Made by a program: the position numbers and the translations under genes. 64,000 nucleotides of DNA, from NCBI GenBank assembly GCA_951406725.2, contig OX597820.1:7316001-7380000 (forward strand). The letters run 5' to 3'. The DNA comes from Octopus vulgaris. Its lineage: Eukaryota. The notes under the pieces were generated by a model. The model did not search any database and was not told the origin of the DNA. It saw only the letters and a list, made by a program, of their open reading frames with translations. Positions 1 through 14,360 of the stretch are shown in pieces. Every line of letters starts with the position of its first letter. Position 1 is the stretch's first letter.

Positions 1-121
1 TTCCAATAAAGTTAGCTTTCCACTCCCCCTCTCCCTTGTCACTGCTGTTATCATTTTCACTGCAAGGTATATATATATATATTTCCACATCTTAACCTTC
101 CGCTACAAAAGTCGCTCTACG

Positions 122-167
<46 letters not shown>

Positions 168-1895
168 CCGAACACAGGCACACACACACATTCACAGAAA
201 CACACACACACACACTTCGTGCCACACTCCATACGAGACACAGCAAACTGCTCTCCCCTCTCTTTCCATTCCTCACTACACACCCAGAGTCCACCCTTGA
301 CCCTCCTCAACGACGTCAAAGATGACAACACGAGTCAACAGACGATTCTCTACGGAATATTTGATTTGCTAGAAATCGTAGCCAAATATCCTTCAAATTA
401 CATCATTCTATCTTTAAAAAAATGGGGCAGGTTGGAATAACGGGGCGAGCTGGATTGACTACGGTTGGAATGTCTGTGATCATCGTTTGGCGCAGTCACA
501 GAAGACCTGGGGTTAAACAACAAGAATAACACCACCATCATCACCGACAACAACAATAACAACAGCAACAAGTGTTACAGTTGTTTATGTTTTCACTTTT
601 ATCTTAATGGTTTTCGTGGCTTTTATTTTTGTTGTGGTTGTTGTTGCTGTTGTTGTTCGTGTTGGTGGTGGTGGCGGTGGCGTTTCTATATTTTGTTATT
701 GTTGATGGAATCATTTTATTTGATCCGAGTTCCTCATCCAGTAGCTCTCTATAAAGACACGTGTGATTTACGGATTTTCGGCTATTTCTAGATGACGTAT
801 AAAGGGAGACTCTCGATGACCAATCGTGGACAACGGTCATTTCTTCCTACGATTATTTCCCCCTTTCCTCTACCTTTTTTCCTCCCGTTCTACTCTTTGA
901 TGTTAGTTTCTTCCCAACGGCAGCCATAATTGTCTACGTTGATGGAGGATTGCAAGAGAGGATATAATCTTGTTCCTGTGGTTCTTGTTGCCATAGTAGC
1001 AGCAGCAACAGCAGTACCAGTAGCAATAGTAGTAGTACCAGTAGCAATAGTAGTAGTAGTAGTAGTAGTATGTTCTTGGTGGTGGTGTTGTAGTTATTTT
1101 TGATTTCAATAGTCGTTATTCTCTCCTTGTTTTTCTCTCTCTCTCTCAATCTATCTCTTATTTTCTTTCTATCTTATCTCTTTCTTTCTTTCTTTCTATC
1201 TCACCCTCCTTCCTTCCTCCTCTTTCTCTCCCTCAATCCCTCCCTCTCTCTAATTATATATCATTGGCCGTGTTTCCAGGTTGGAAGAGAACTTATTAGC
1301 TGTAGATTAACAAAAAAATTAACCCGGCTTCATCTAATCAGTTCCAGCAAACGTCGGATAACGAAATCCAATTTGATTAGCTGTTTCTCGAAATACTCTG
1401 TCTGCATGGATTTCGGCTTCTCCATATCAGTATGTTTCTCTGTGTGTGTGTGTGTGGGTGTGTGTGGGTGGATGTGTGTGGGTGTGTATGTGTGTGTGTG
1501 CGCGCGCTTGCGTTTCTGTGTCGGCTTGTGTACAGGCTTATTTTCATGTGTGTATGTATATGTAGGCGTGTCTGTGACAATGTTTGTATTGACACCGCAT
1601 TTATAAATGAAAAAGGCCATGGTCTTTCGGCCCCTGTATGAAATTTGCTATTTGTGTATGTATATGTATATTTATGTATGCGTATATAAGAGTGTGTCTT
1701 TGAAGGAATTTCTATTATTTGAAGACATTTCTGTGGTCAAAACCTGAAAACACGGTCAACGAGACTTATTTGACCTACCATGTATTGAGTCCTTCCGTCG
1801 AGTTAAAATATCTTGTTTTTGTGGTTCTTCAGAGTATTTACATTCTTATGTGCATGCGTTTGTTTATAGACATATAAACATATACAAATATGTGC

Positions 1896-1974
<79 letters not shown>

Positions 1975-2164
1975 AAGAGGTTATGAGAGGCAATGGTGTC
2001 AATAAGACCCAAAGGTGTCAGGTAATGCTGAGTAAGTGCTATAGACAGACAATAGTTACGCTCCAGGTTCTGTGATTATGTGAATAGGAGTCAAACATAG
2101 GTCAGCATGTGTATATATAAAAAAAATCCAACACTGTGAAAGATTTTAGAACATTTATAAATAG

Positions 2165-2212
2165 GTCTTACAGCTGTTTCCAGGATATTTTTCATATCCC
2201 TTCATCGGAGAC
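2165..2212 (-). ncRNA. Minimal type I hammerhead ribozyme motif (CCGATGA core)
   Basis: Reverse complement reads gtct-CCGATGA-a-gggatat..atatcct-g-GAAA-cagctg-TA-agac. Confidence 0.7.
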
Positions 2213-2577
2213 GGTGTGAGGTAATCCCTTTATTATCTCTCTCGTTACTTTTATTTTTTCTTTTCTTTTTTTTTCTTTATTCCTCTTCCTGTTTTCGATT
2301 TGACCTTACAAATACATTCCCTACTTTTAAGTCACTTTAAATAAACCCTCGATTCAATAGCACCGTGTACAAACTCTATACGTTGAATGACCAATTTTAA
2401 ATACTATTGGAATTTACTCACAAGGTACTAGAAACTTATATGTATACCATTCTGCCTAAATAATGGATCTACAAATGCAATATCCCTGCATATCTCACAT
2501 CTATTTTCATTCCTCCACTTCACTCTCTATTTCATATCTTATCTAAATTAACTATTGTTTAACCATTTTCTCCCACC

Positions 2578-2625
2578 GTCTCCGATGAAGGGATATAAAA
2601 AATATCCCGGAAACAGCTGTAAGAC
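2578..2625 (+). ncRNA. Minimal type I hammerhead ribozyme motif (CCGATGA core)
   Basis: gtct-CCGATGA-a-gggatat-aaaaa-atatccc-g-GAAA-cagctg-TA-agac: stem I gtct/agac, 7-bp stem II, palindromic stem III, GUA site. Confidence 0.75.
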
Positions 2626-3589
2626 CTTCTATTTATAAATGTTCTAAAATCTTTCACAGTCTTGGTTTTTTATCTCAATCTGAAAAAATATTATATGTAT
2701 GTATATATGTATGTATGCATGTATGTATATATATATTTGTGTGTGTGTATATATATATATTTGTATGTGTATATATATGTATATAGATACTTATATATAT
2801 GCACATATATACGCACACACTCACCTATATACACACATGCATACACAAATATTGAGAAAACTGAACTATTGAGAAATTTTTAGTTATTGTATCCAGATTA
2901 CAAGTTCAGGTTTATACTTGTAATTATTGGGGCCCTAGGATATGTAAGACACTGGCTATATACAAATCTCGAGATATTTGGAATTCGCGAAACGAGAAAG
3001 GAGAAAGTTAATTCGAAGACTACAGATCAAATTCACAAGTGGAACATTAAAAATCTGTAAAACTTTCCAGAAGTTTATCATTTAAATATATATGAGCATG
3101 TCTAGCTATGCAAATATATGCTTGAGAAAACATACATAAAACAAAACATACGAATCTTCACGAATACATACATTCATGCAAACAAAAATACCCTGTTGTT
3201 GATGTTGAAATTCCAGCGAAGGAGCCTTAGATCTAGGTTAGAAATCGGCTCTTTTTCTATTGGCAATAAATCTTGAAATTATATTGAATAATGACATACA
3301 TACGCACGCTCACACATACACGTGTGTGTATGTGTGTGTGTCTAAATGTATAATTACACACATACAATATCCCTGAGTTTTCTGCTATTTTTCTTATGTC
3401 TAATACACTCTCTACAATTTTTCACACACAAACATATATAAACGAAGACTCGTTCAGAAAATTTTTCGTTCAAGGATTTTATGCTTTATATTTTAAGATA
3501 TTTCCCCATATTTTTACTAAAATTCTTTCACAAGAACAGAAACACTCTCGCAGTCTGAATCTGTCTGTCTGTCAGTCTGTTTGTCTGTA

Positions 3590-3638
<49 letters not shown>

Positions 3639-3909
3639 CCTCTCTCTCACTCTATTTCAGTCATTCTTACTCTCAAACTATTTTTCCATGTTCCTCTTCT
3701 ATTTCCTGCTTCCACTTTGCCTTCCCGTCTGTCTCTCCCTCTCTCTCTCTCTCTCCCTCCTCTCTCTCCTTCTCTCCCTCTCTCTCTCTCGACTAAAAAT
3801 CGATACGCTGATCACTGAACATCTTCCTTTCCATATCCTCAAATATTTTCTCCAGAATATCATTTTCCAAAGATTTTATAATCCAAAATTTTGTAAGAAA
3901 AACAAAGAC

Positions 3910-3947
<38 letters not shown>

Positions 3948-4399
3948 GTGCACACGCTCAAATAGAAAAATAAACAGAAAAATGATTGCGTACACTGGTT
4001 AAGGACGCACATACGCACACACATAAACACACACACAGACATACATTTACACGCACAAATACATACATACACACACATTGAGAAGATATGTATGGTGATG
4101 TAATAGGCTGATTCGGGTTGCACACTATGGAAACCTACAAGGATATATATATATATGCATATATATATATGTGTATATATACATACATATCTATATATAT
4201 ACATGTAGTCATATATGTGTGTGTGTATGAATATAAATAAATATACATGTACATATCTTCATATATACGTGTGCGTGCATGAATATATATTATATGCATG
4301 CATGTATATGTATATAAATAAATGTATGTATGTATGTAATATATTACTTGTACAGATATACAAATACTACTGTTACAATGTAGTACTCAATACTTGAAG

Positions 4400-5300
4400 T
4401 AGAGAAATGTAATGAATAAAGTATGAACCTGAACAAACTTAGGCTAAAAAATTTTACTTCAGTTTCGTCTCTGGATTCTTCAGATATTGAAATAAACAAT
4501 TTGGTAGAATTGAAAATATGCAAACATGGAGGGTGGTCAGAAGGGGGTCAATCATCGTAGAAAGAGTACATAATAGGGAAGGGAGAGAGGGAGGTGAACG
4601 TATGGGGATTGTCAAGGGAGTGGCGAATGGGCTAATGAAATCATTAATGGTTTCGATAATAAAAAGTTGATGAGGGACGTGACCTTGTTGAATAATTAGT
4701 GAAACAATTTGTTATGAAGCAACATCATTCCCACCTCTGTGTTTAGTTATGTGTTTTTAGTGTTAATTTCTATCGCGTTTACTTACAAATCTACGGCAGT
4801 TTCCAAATATTGCGTTTGATTTCTTACTTGACGCAACGTAGCACGGATGTTGCGTATGGATGGAACCTCATGGATGCGACACAGGATGTAACTCGGGTAT
4901 CAGTGGCGAGGCAGGGCTCGTGGGGTCCGAATTAAACCCGCCCCTACCAATCCATCCGTAATGTCTTCCAGTCTGTCCTACCATTCGATTTTATTATATT
5001 TCCTTATTTTGTAAAAGTTTTAATGTCATCCTTTTTGTATAATCATTCGCTCATCTGACCCCAAAATCAGATTGTATTGTCCCCTCTCTGTTGGCTCCTT
5101 GTGGGTAATAAAAAGAATCAACTTGACGTGGAAAATAAGCCCAATGATCATTTGCACGAAGACCATCAGAAACAAAACGATGACCTAAACATTTATTCTT
5201 TGTAAGTTCTGGCAGATTCGAAAGTGAACCTGCTAATCACTGTTGGATTTCGCCATGGGAGAGCAACTTCTTTCAGAAAATGTGCGCTCAACTCGGTTCA
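4400..5300 (-). mobile_element. Decayed Penelope-like 3' end (GIY-YIG remnant plus degenerate hammerhead at ~4450-4488), interrupted by an L1/Tx1-like insertion
   Basis: Minus strand gives RTYKE*, ANDH and NAIEINTKNT*LNTEVG (GIY-YIG C-terminal-like), then aatat-CTGAAGA-atccagagac-GAAA-ctgaag-TA-aaatt. Confidence 0.45.
4834..5120 (+). mobile_element. 5'-truncated L1/Tx1-like LINE 3' end with 8-bp target site duplication
   Basis: Encodes NVARMLRMDGTS, like ARVDGTSL in the copy at 47.9 kb. Tail tgtcccctc...ccttgtgggtaataaaaagaa. Flanked by acttgacg at 4826-4833 and 5121-5128. Confidence 0.7.
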
Positions 5301-5760
5301 TTGAGGTGAGGGGACTTCAAAGCATAACGATGTTTCCACTTGATTGAGCGTCTCTGTAGCCAAAGTCACCCACAATGAATGAATCTAAGAATTTTTGGTT
5401 CATGTTTATAGAACACAGCAAACAAATTATTTGCTGATGTTTGCCAACCGATGATAAAGTGTCACGTGTTGAGTAAAGAGTTACAATGAAAATGATGATA
5501 TACATATTCATTAGAGGGAGTTATGATCACTCATTGTTTGACAGCAGTTGTTTGTCAACAACGAAATACAACAACGATTAGCGTATACACGTTCGGATCC
5601 GCAGGGACATATTAACAACGGATCAATATGCCATTGTAGCAATCGTAGAGAAAGATGTTTTAAAATTGGGGAAATATACAAAAACTGATTTTTATAAAAA
5701 CAACTTCCGAGATGCAATATTTTCTATACTATTATTAATGTGACAATATATCATGGATTG

Positions 5761-5940
5761 AAGGCGGTGAGCTGTCAGAATCGTTAGCATGCTAGGGAAA
5801 ATGCTTAGTGACATTTTGGCCGTCTTAAAGTTCTGAGTTCAAATTCCGCCGAGGTCGACTTTGCTTTTATTCTTTCAAGGTCGATAAAATATGTACCAAT
5901 TTAGTGCTAGGGACGACTTACCTACGCCCCTGAAATTTTC
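5761..5940 (+). mobile_element. tRNA-derived SINE (octopus-type)
   Basis: aaggcggtgagctgtcagaatcgttagc...gttctgagttcaaattccgccgaggtcgactttgc; B-box-like gagttcaaattcc; similar copies at 40.2 and 41.7-42.1 kb. Confidence 0.8.
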
Positions 5941-6245
5941 CGGTTGGTTAGTGGACAGGTGGCCTACGAAGTATCAAAATTTTTTGGAAAAGTTTGTACC
6001 GAGAAGACAAGGATCGAACCCAGATTAGTTGGATCGGAGTAGACTTTCACAGAAGAACACGACTAACGGTTGAAAGCTTATTCCCTTCAGAACCATGTGT
6101 TGCTTGAGAAGGACATCGTTGACAAAGGGACAATTCAAAACCCCTTCCATATTAGCTTCGGGGAAATTACATTAGGAGGATGAATTACATATATATATAT
6201 ATATATATATACAATCAAAATAAGCAACAAGGATATCCAGAAGTA

Positions 6246-6335
6246 ATGCAGTACGATCATTTCATGCGACTCCATTTAATTGGACAATGCAAATATTACA
6301 TCAGTTTTAAAATGTAGAGCAATCTTCAGCTACAT
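6246..6335 (-). ncRNA. Type I hammerhead motif with long stem II
   Basis: Reverse complement: atgtag-CTGAAGA-ttgctc...gtcgcat-GAAA-tgatcg-TA-ctgcat. Confidence 0.65.
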
Positions 6336-6550
6336 AAAAATATAGAATTTAGTTAAATTCAAAGGATTCATTTGTATAGATTATTCTATTAACCGAAATC
6401 ACAATGAGGATAAATAGATAGACAAAGAACAAGTTTCATCAGCAATATCATAGTAGTTCCTTGTCTATCTACTTATCACCTTTGTGATTTTGGTTAATAG
6501 AATAATCTATACAAATGAATCCTTTGAATTTAACTAAATTCTATATTTTC

Positions 6551-6640
6551 ATGCAGCTGAAGATTGCTCTACATTTTAAAACTGATGTAATATTTGCATT
6601 GTTCAATTAAATGGAGTCGCATGAAACGATCGTACTGCAT
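6551..6640 (+). ncRNA. Type I hammerhead motif with long stem II
   Basis: atgcag-CTGAAGA-ttgctc...ggagtcgcat-GAAA-cgatcg-TA-ctgcat: 6-bp stem I, palindromic stem III. Confidence 0.72.
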
Positions 6641-6768
6641 TACCTTTGGATATCCTTGTTGCTCATTTTGATTGTAATCACCCAATTTTGAATTATATGG
6701 ATAATACCATACCAAATTCTGGTGCCTTTAACTTAAGTACCATATTCAACTGAATCTAAATTTTACTA

Positions 6769-6824
<56 letters not shown>

Positions 6825-7428
6825 TTTATGTAACCTTATACACGCACACATATGTGTGTGCGTGTACGTATGAGTGTGTGTGAGTGTAGAGGTGTGCGTA
6901 TGTATGTGAGTGTCTGTGTGATTCAAGGCACACAGAAACTACCAAATCTTTTATTCTATAAAAATTGTTACATACGTCAAAAAAAAAAAAAAAGGGAAAT
7001 GAGATCAACCAGCAGAAAATAATTCCCAAATACCCCTAATATTCTCTAATCTCGTAAAAGTATGAAGAAACAAAAGTTCTTGGAGTTCTAGTTGTCAGTA
7101 ATCCTTGAAAAGAGACACCCTTCTCTTCCGATACAGACTGTTATGAAGGAACCACAATGTCTATATTATGGTGAATGAGGATTTGAAATTCGAACCTACG
7201 ATTACCAGACTGACAGCATTCCACTACAGTATCCAACAACGAAATATATTTCTAAACAATTAACAACGACGCCATTCTTCATTTTTATATTCAACACTTT
7301 CAAACAACAACGGTGTGGAATTGTTGTTTAAAGCTAACCGACATCTTTTAACTATGCCAATAAATCTGTCCGACAAATTAAGCACAAGAAACCAAAACTA
7401 ATGCCAACATCGGCGTATAAGCTCAGAA

Positions 7429-7472
<44 letters not shown>

Positions 7473-7801
7473 TATATGTGTAGAATTTGTGTGCTCGTTG
7501 TTATTCCGTACACATATGAAAGGCAGAGAACATCACTCTGACTGATTGATATTTCCTGCAATATGTAGGAACATATTTGACTCCCATAATCTCGACTCCA
7601 TGTATTCCATCACTGCTAATTAGTCTGCAGACATTATCAGCCTTACCAAAACAAAATATTGATTCCGGATTTAGCAATTCTCTCCGTAATTTACATCAGA
7701 CTACTTTCTCAGTTCCAATTATGCCTGGTTGACAAATCTATACTCAGAACAACGGAGTCGATATACCACGTAGACATACATACATTTATAAAAATATATA
7801 C

Positions 7802-7900
<99 letters not shown>

Positions 7901-7914
7901 AATATATATATATA

Positions 7915-9804
<1,890 letters not shown>

Positions 9805-9989
9805 TACATATTGATTCGACTCCTTTGTTCTGTGTATATGTGTGTGCGCCGAGCACTTAAGACTTCAGTGTAATACAAACACATACTCAAACACTTCCAT
9901 AAACACGTATTGCCATTGCATGTGTAGATGTAACCACACAGTCAAGACAAACGGAACACCACAGTCAGGACATATTTATGATTGTTTGA

Positions 9990-10830
9990 ATTAAAGCGGT
10001 CTCGCCGTGTGTGCCTGAATGTGCGATGCGTTTTGCTTAGTCTGCAGATCACTTTAAAGCGAATTGTTGAGTTCTGGCTGTCCAGCTCTGTGAGTTTAAT
10101 TCGCACCTGATCTGTGGTTTCAGCGATATGTACAACATCTTTTGCGAATTGGTGTGTTAATAGTTCATTGTTGACTTTCACATCACTTCTATCAATGTTT
10201 CTAACGATCATTTCTAGACACGCAGTGTACTTCGCTTCGTGTACTTCTCAGCTATGATCTTTTCGGTTTGAACGGCAGTTTTTTAAAATAATTTCCACAT
10301 AACTAAACACTTTTAAACTTCGTATACTAGTAGAATGTGTTTATAAAACATCTTTTTCTCTTGGCTTCATTGAGAAAATTCTATAGTTTGTAAGATATTT
10401 GTTGGGGATTTTTTCTTCAATTTCTGCAATTGCAACCAATCAATGACGTCTATTCTGTGCCGTATGAATATGTCCCTTGTTTAAGAAAAAGATTGGGTTT
10501 ATTTGCATTCTGTAGAAAAAAGATACCCTTCCCCCAACCCCTAACACTAACCCTAAAACAGATTGAAATGCAATAAATCGATACTAGGGTCATAATTATG
10601 GGTGATAACTTCATATGACAACGCTAGCAAAAACTGCCGTTCAAACCGAAAAGATCCCTCAGCTGGAACTCTTATGGTGATAGCAAAGCTATATTTGTGG
10701 AACCTCCGCATTTCCGACCATTTTAGTGCATTACGCCTTGACTCATGGTATTTCCAGTGATTCCAGCGCATTCACTTGATCTAAAAGGCATGTTATACAG
10801 AATATGCGATCAACCATGCTGCAATTCTGA
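9990..10830 (-). pseudogene. Decayed RTE-clade reverse transcriptase fragment, split by a MITE
   Basis: TACLEMIVRNIDRSDVKVNNELLTHQFAKDVVHIAETTDQV resembles the RTE segment ending ..LTHLRFADDIV. ALESLE..IRVPAE lies on the other side of the MITE. Confidence 0.6.
10255..10657. mobile_element. MITE with ~28-bp terminal inverted repeats and 8-bp TSD
   Basis: TIRs gatcttttcggtttgaacggcagttttt / aaaaactgccgttcaaaccgaaaagatc. Flanks ctcagcta (10247-10254) and ctcagctg (10658-10665). Confidence 0.85.
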
Positions 10831-11649
10831 TGGAAATAAATAACACTGTTTTGAAAATTTGTGCCCGTTGGGGTCGAGTTCACCAATAATTTAAAACGTT
10901 TGTTGTAGAATATTTTGTAGAATATTTGGCATGTCTCTTTTATATCTCCTTTGCCTGTCGCCGTAAGTCCATTCATGTTCTTAAGGGTGAAACGAGGAAT
11001 GCGTCGAATTGGGACACTCAGTGAGTATGTACAGAAACAAGAACGCTGAATTTGCGCGGAGGATAAGAAAAGGTTGTTCAAAGTGAAGTTGTCACCATAC
11101 CACCCATGCCCTTACGTGCTGATTGGACGTGTGCAACTATAAAGAAAGGTGAAAGACCATATATTGGCTGCGACCCCAAATGACCTTGCAAATATCTATG
11201 TTAAGAATATCATTGTAGAAAATTCTGAAATGAAACGATTCGAGAATGGAGCGGAGTGAAAGACGTGGGCGCAGAACACCGATGCTAGAAGTTTCGCTGA
11301 GAAGGTTATTTAGCAAACAAGGAAAAGGAAAGAATTTGAAGTACATTATAACAAAAGGTGCACAACAATAGCCGATAATATATATCTATATATATATATA
11401 TATATATACGGTAATAGTTTATTTTCAAACCCAAAAATGGTGACAAAACAGCACAGCTAGGATAAAATATCCATATTAAGCGGAAAAATTTGTCAGCAGC
11501 CAGTCATGAGACTCGAACTCACATCCCTTTAATAACCGTTCAGGTGTTTTATAAATTCAAAAATTGCAGATTAATTTGTCACTGTGCAGTTTAGCTAAAT
11601 TGGTAATCAAAAGGATGTGAGTTCGAGTCTAATGGGGCAATTTTAGGGG

Positions 11650-12226
11650 CTATTTATCAGCAGGACGATAGCCCTGTGCACAAAGCCAAAAATGTTATGG
11701 AATTTTTTGATCACCATAATATTGACGTATTCGAATAGCCTCCCCAGAGCCCGGACCTGAATCCGATCGAGAACTTGTGGAATTATGTTTCCAAAAAGTC
11801 CATGCTAAAAACCCATCTAATCTAAAACAATTATTCGAATATATCAATGAAATATGGCAAAACATTCCCATAGAATTTTGCAATCACTGAGCAAATTCAA
11901 TGCCGAGGCGTTGTTCAGCCGTTATTAAGACTAAAGGCTATGGCACAAAGTACTAATATGTATTTCGTTCCTATTGCTCATTTTTGCTACAATCTTAAGC
12001 TTTAAATAAAATTATAATGATAACTAATTTTGCCGGCAAATTTGAAACATTCATATTAATATTTCTTCAAGTTGTATAAAAATAGTTATTGTGTGCATCA
12101 TTCGAAAGAGAAATAAATTTTCCATAAGGTGTAAAGGTAAAAATAATTTGTATGGTGTTAGTAACAAAATAATTTGTAAGAAATAGAACTTTTATCATCG
12201 GTCTTAAATATATTTTCGCCAGTGTA
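11650..12226 (+). mobile_element. Tc1-family transposase 3' relic
   Basis: IYQQDDSPVHKAK..E*PPQSPDLNPIENLW..SMPRRCSAVIKTKGYGTKY* (stop at ~11956), with stops and a frameshift. Right boundary approximate. Confidence 0.88.
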
Positions 12227-13051
12227 GTATTTTATACAAAAATCATAATTTCCTAAATGGAAACCTACAAAAATACAGTTTCAAATTCCGCCCCCACCTC
12301 TTGAGGGCGTAGTAAAACAAAAGCATATGACGGCTTGAAAAAGTTTTAATTTTTTGTAAAAATAGATGCCTTACCTTCCCGATGGGGAAGCGCAACACAG
12401 TTCAACACGTAAATCCAGCAGAAGACAAATGGTAATCCAACAAGAACGGCACAGTTAGGTAATCCAATATAAGACAAACGCAACACGAAGACAACACACG
12501 TCGGACTAATAGGACGTTAAACTTAGAATGACTGAAGCGGAAGTTGGTCAAGCTATTTTCGTAAGCAAGCTACTTTTAAATTGCCATAAAGGCATAACAT
12601 AGAGGGGTCACTACAAAACATGTGGGGACATATAACAATTAAAAATAATAAAATAGGATACTGTCAGTGACATGAAAATGAACATGACAAAATAAATTAA
12701 GGTTATGATAACATGCATGAATATCTGAAAAGGATGGCACTTATGAATGACGAACCACCTTGAGCATAATCCTATGAACTCGGAAAATTTTAAAACAGAG
12801 GGTTACCTACTTGCAAAAAAATGTGGTAACATGTAACATTATTGACCGAGGTTACCGTGGTCTTTTCCGTAGTCTTTTCTTTCCACGTATAAACCTTATC
12901 TGCTTCCCCCTTTACACTTTACATCATTAAATTTCTGTGATACAGATCACTATTGATCGGAAACCTACACCACTTGTTTTTCTTCTTTTCTCCCCAAAAG
13001 AAAAGCTCTACTTTGTAATATGTCCCCCCTGTGTGGCTAATATAGATACAC

Positions 13052-13179
<128 letters not shown>

Positions 13180-13183
13180 ATAT

Positions 13184-13225
<42 letters not shown>

Positions 13226-13339
13226 GCATGATTTAAATCTAACCACAAGCTTCGCAATGGACGCCATGATAGAAACCACCTGATAAGAAATTGGACTAAC
13301 ATTCACTGTCCTTGTTTTCTAATCTAATTAATTTAGCTA

Positions 13340-14030
13340 TGAACTCTAACATATTATATTACATTGTGATGTGGACTTTTCCATAGATTGCCGTTCTGCC
13401 TCATACTTTCCAAGGATGTTATTGGAATATTTAAAATAATTCCATTCCAGTTTATCTTTGTTTCTTAAGAGACGTTTTCTAGTATGTCGTGTACCATCAT
13501 ATCTTTGGATGTAGAGAAAAACTGTGGTTTTGCGTTCCTCACCCATCCGAATTACATAACAAATTCATCTAAATTATCACTGATTAAATAACACTGTCTC
13601 AGATACAATATTTCTTAAAACAATCAATATTACATACTGGATTGCAGAGATATACATGTAGTGGTCACACAAGCAATGGTTGTGGAGTTTGTCTTAGCGT
13701 CTTATATGGGACCTAAGTATGGGAGCTAGGTGTACCCAACATTGGTACCTCATTTCATGAGACTGCATACGAAACGTTTCAATACTTGAGATACCAGACC
13801 TCATCAGCATTTCATATGATGGGAACGTGAATTATATGGGACCCACAAGGGTTTCAGTTGTCAAACGCCATGAATTAAAAAGAAAGTTTTAGAGTTTGGT
13901 CCACATCAATTCCTGATTTAATACTAAAATGTCTTTCGTTGCAGCTGGAAGCAAGCGATCTCATAAAGAATTTAAACTGCAATAGAAACTTTCAAAGCGT
14001 TCCTTTCGTGAATCTGGAGGTGGACGTGGA
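13340..14030 (-). pseudogene. Decayed RTE/BovB-like LINE ORF C-terminal fragment
   Basis: EMLMRSGISSIET and RMGEERKTTVFLY..GTR..RKRLLRNKDKL match the RTE C-terminal pattern EVL.RAG..SIE / RM...R.PK..LYG..G.R...RYKD.L. Confidence 0.55.
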
Positions 14031-14204
14031 TGGATCAATGTATAGCACGGCATGGGACTGACTAAGAGCAAGAATCGATGGCTGAAGAATCGGTTATATC
14101 TTTCTCACTAAAATATTCAACGTCGTACCTCTGCGAGAAATTTTGGTTAATTACATGGAAAAAAAGCAGTACTTTCGTTAAGCAATCGATAAAAACAATT
14201 GAAG

Positions 14205-14360
14205 GCATCCCCAGTAAATCATACTGGTACTTAATGTATTGATTACCTCCAGGTGTGAAAAACAACAGCTTTAACTCCAACGGCTGTTGTATTTGAACAT
14301 AGATTTTTAAACAGACACGAGTCAACACTGCAAGATAACTTACCCCCACCCTTTCTACCA
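14205..14360 (-). mobile_element. Degenerate tRNA-derived SINE
   Basis: ccccagt..actggtacttaatgtattga..atttgaacataga resembles the reverse complement of the SINE body. Confidence 0.5.

Larger units (their letters stand above)
2112..2670. mobile_element. Penelope-like element remnant: inverted ~105-bp terminal-repeat pair, each arm carrying a minimal hammerhead
   Basis: About 2125-2216 (aatccaacactgtgaaagattttagaacatttataaatag...ggagacggtg) is the near reverse complement of about 2574-2668. Flanked by TA-rich sequence. Confidence 0.75.
6211..6771. mobile_element. Foldback PLE-type repeat: ~220-bp inverted arms (6211-6430 / 6456-6675) plus tail, between TA tracts
   Basis: Arms are near-identical reverse complements. 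The right arm and tail are homologous to 22770-22990. Confidence 0.85.

Noticed and set aside
12930-12975. ctgtga..gatca/tgatc..GAAAcc motif
   Set aside because: The core is incomplete and there is no stem I; the region looks like a LINE 3' UTR ending at ~13042.
13770-13813. CTGATGA...GAAAcgTT hammerhead-like motif on the minus strand
   Set aside because: Stems are poor and the segment is explained as RTE coding sequence (EMLMRSGISSIET).
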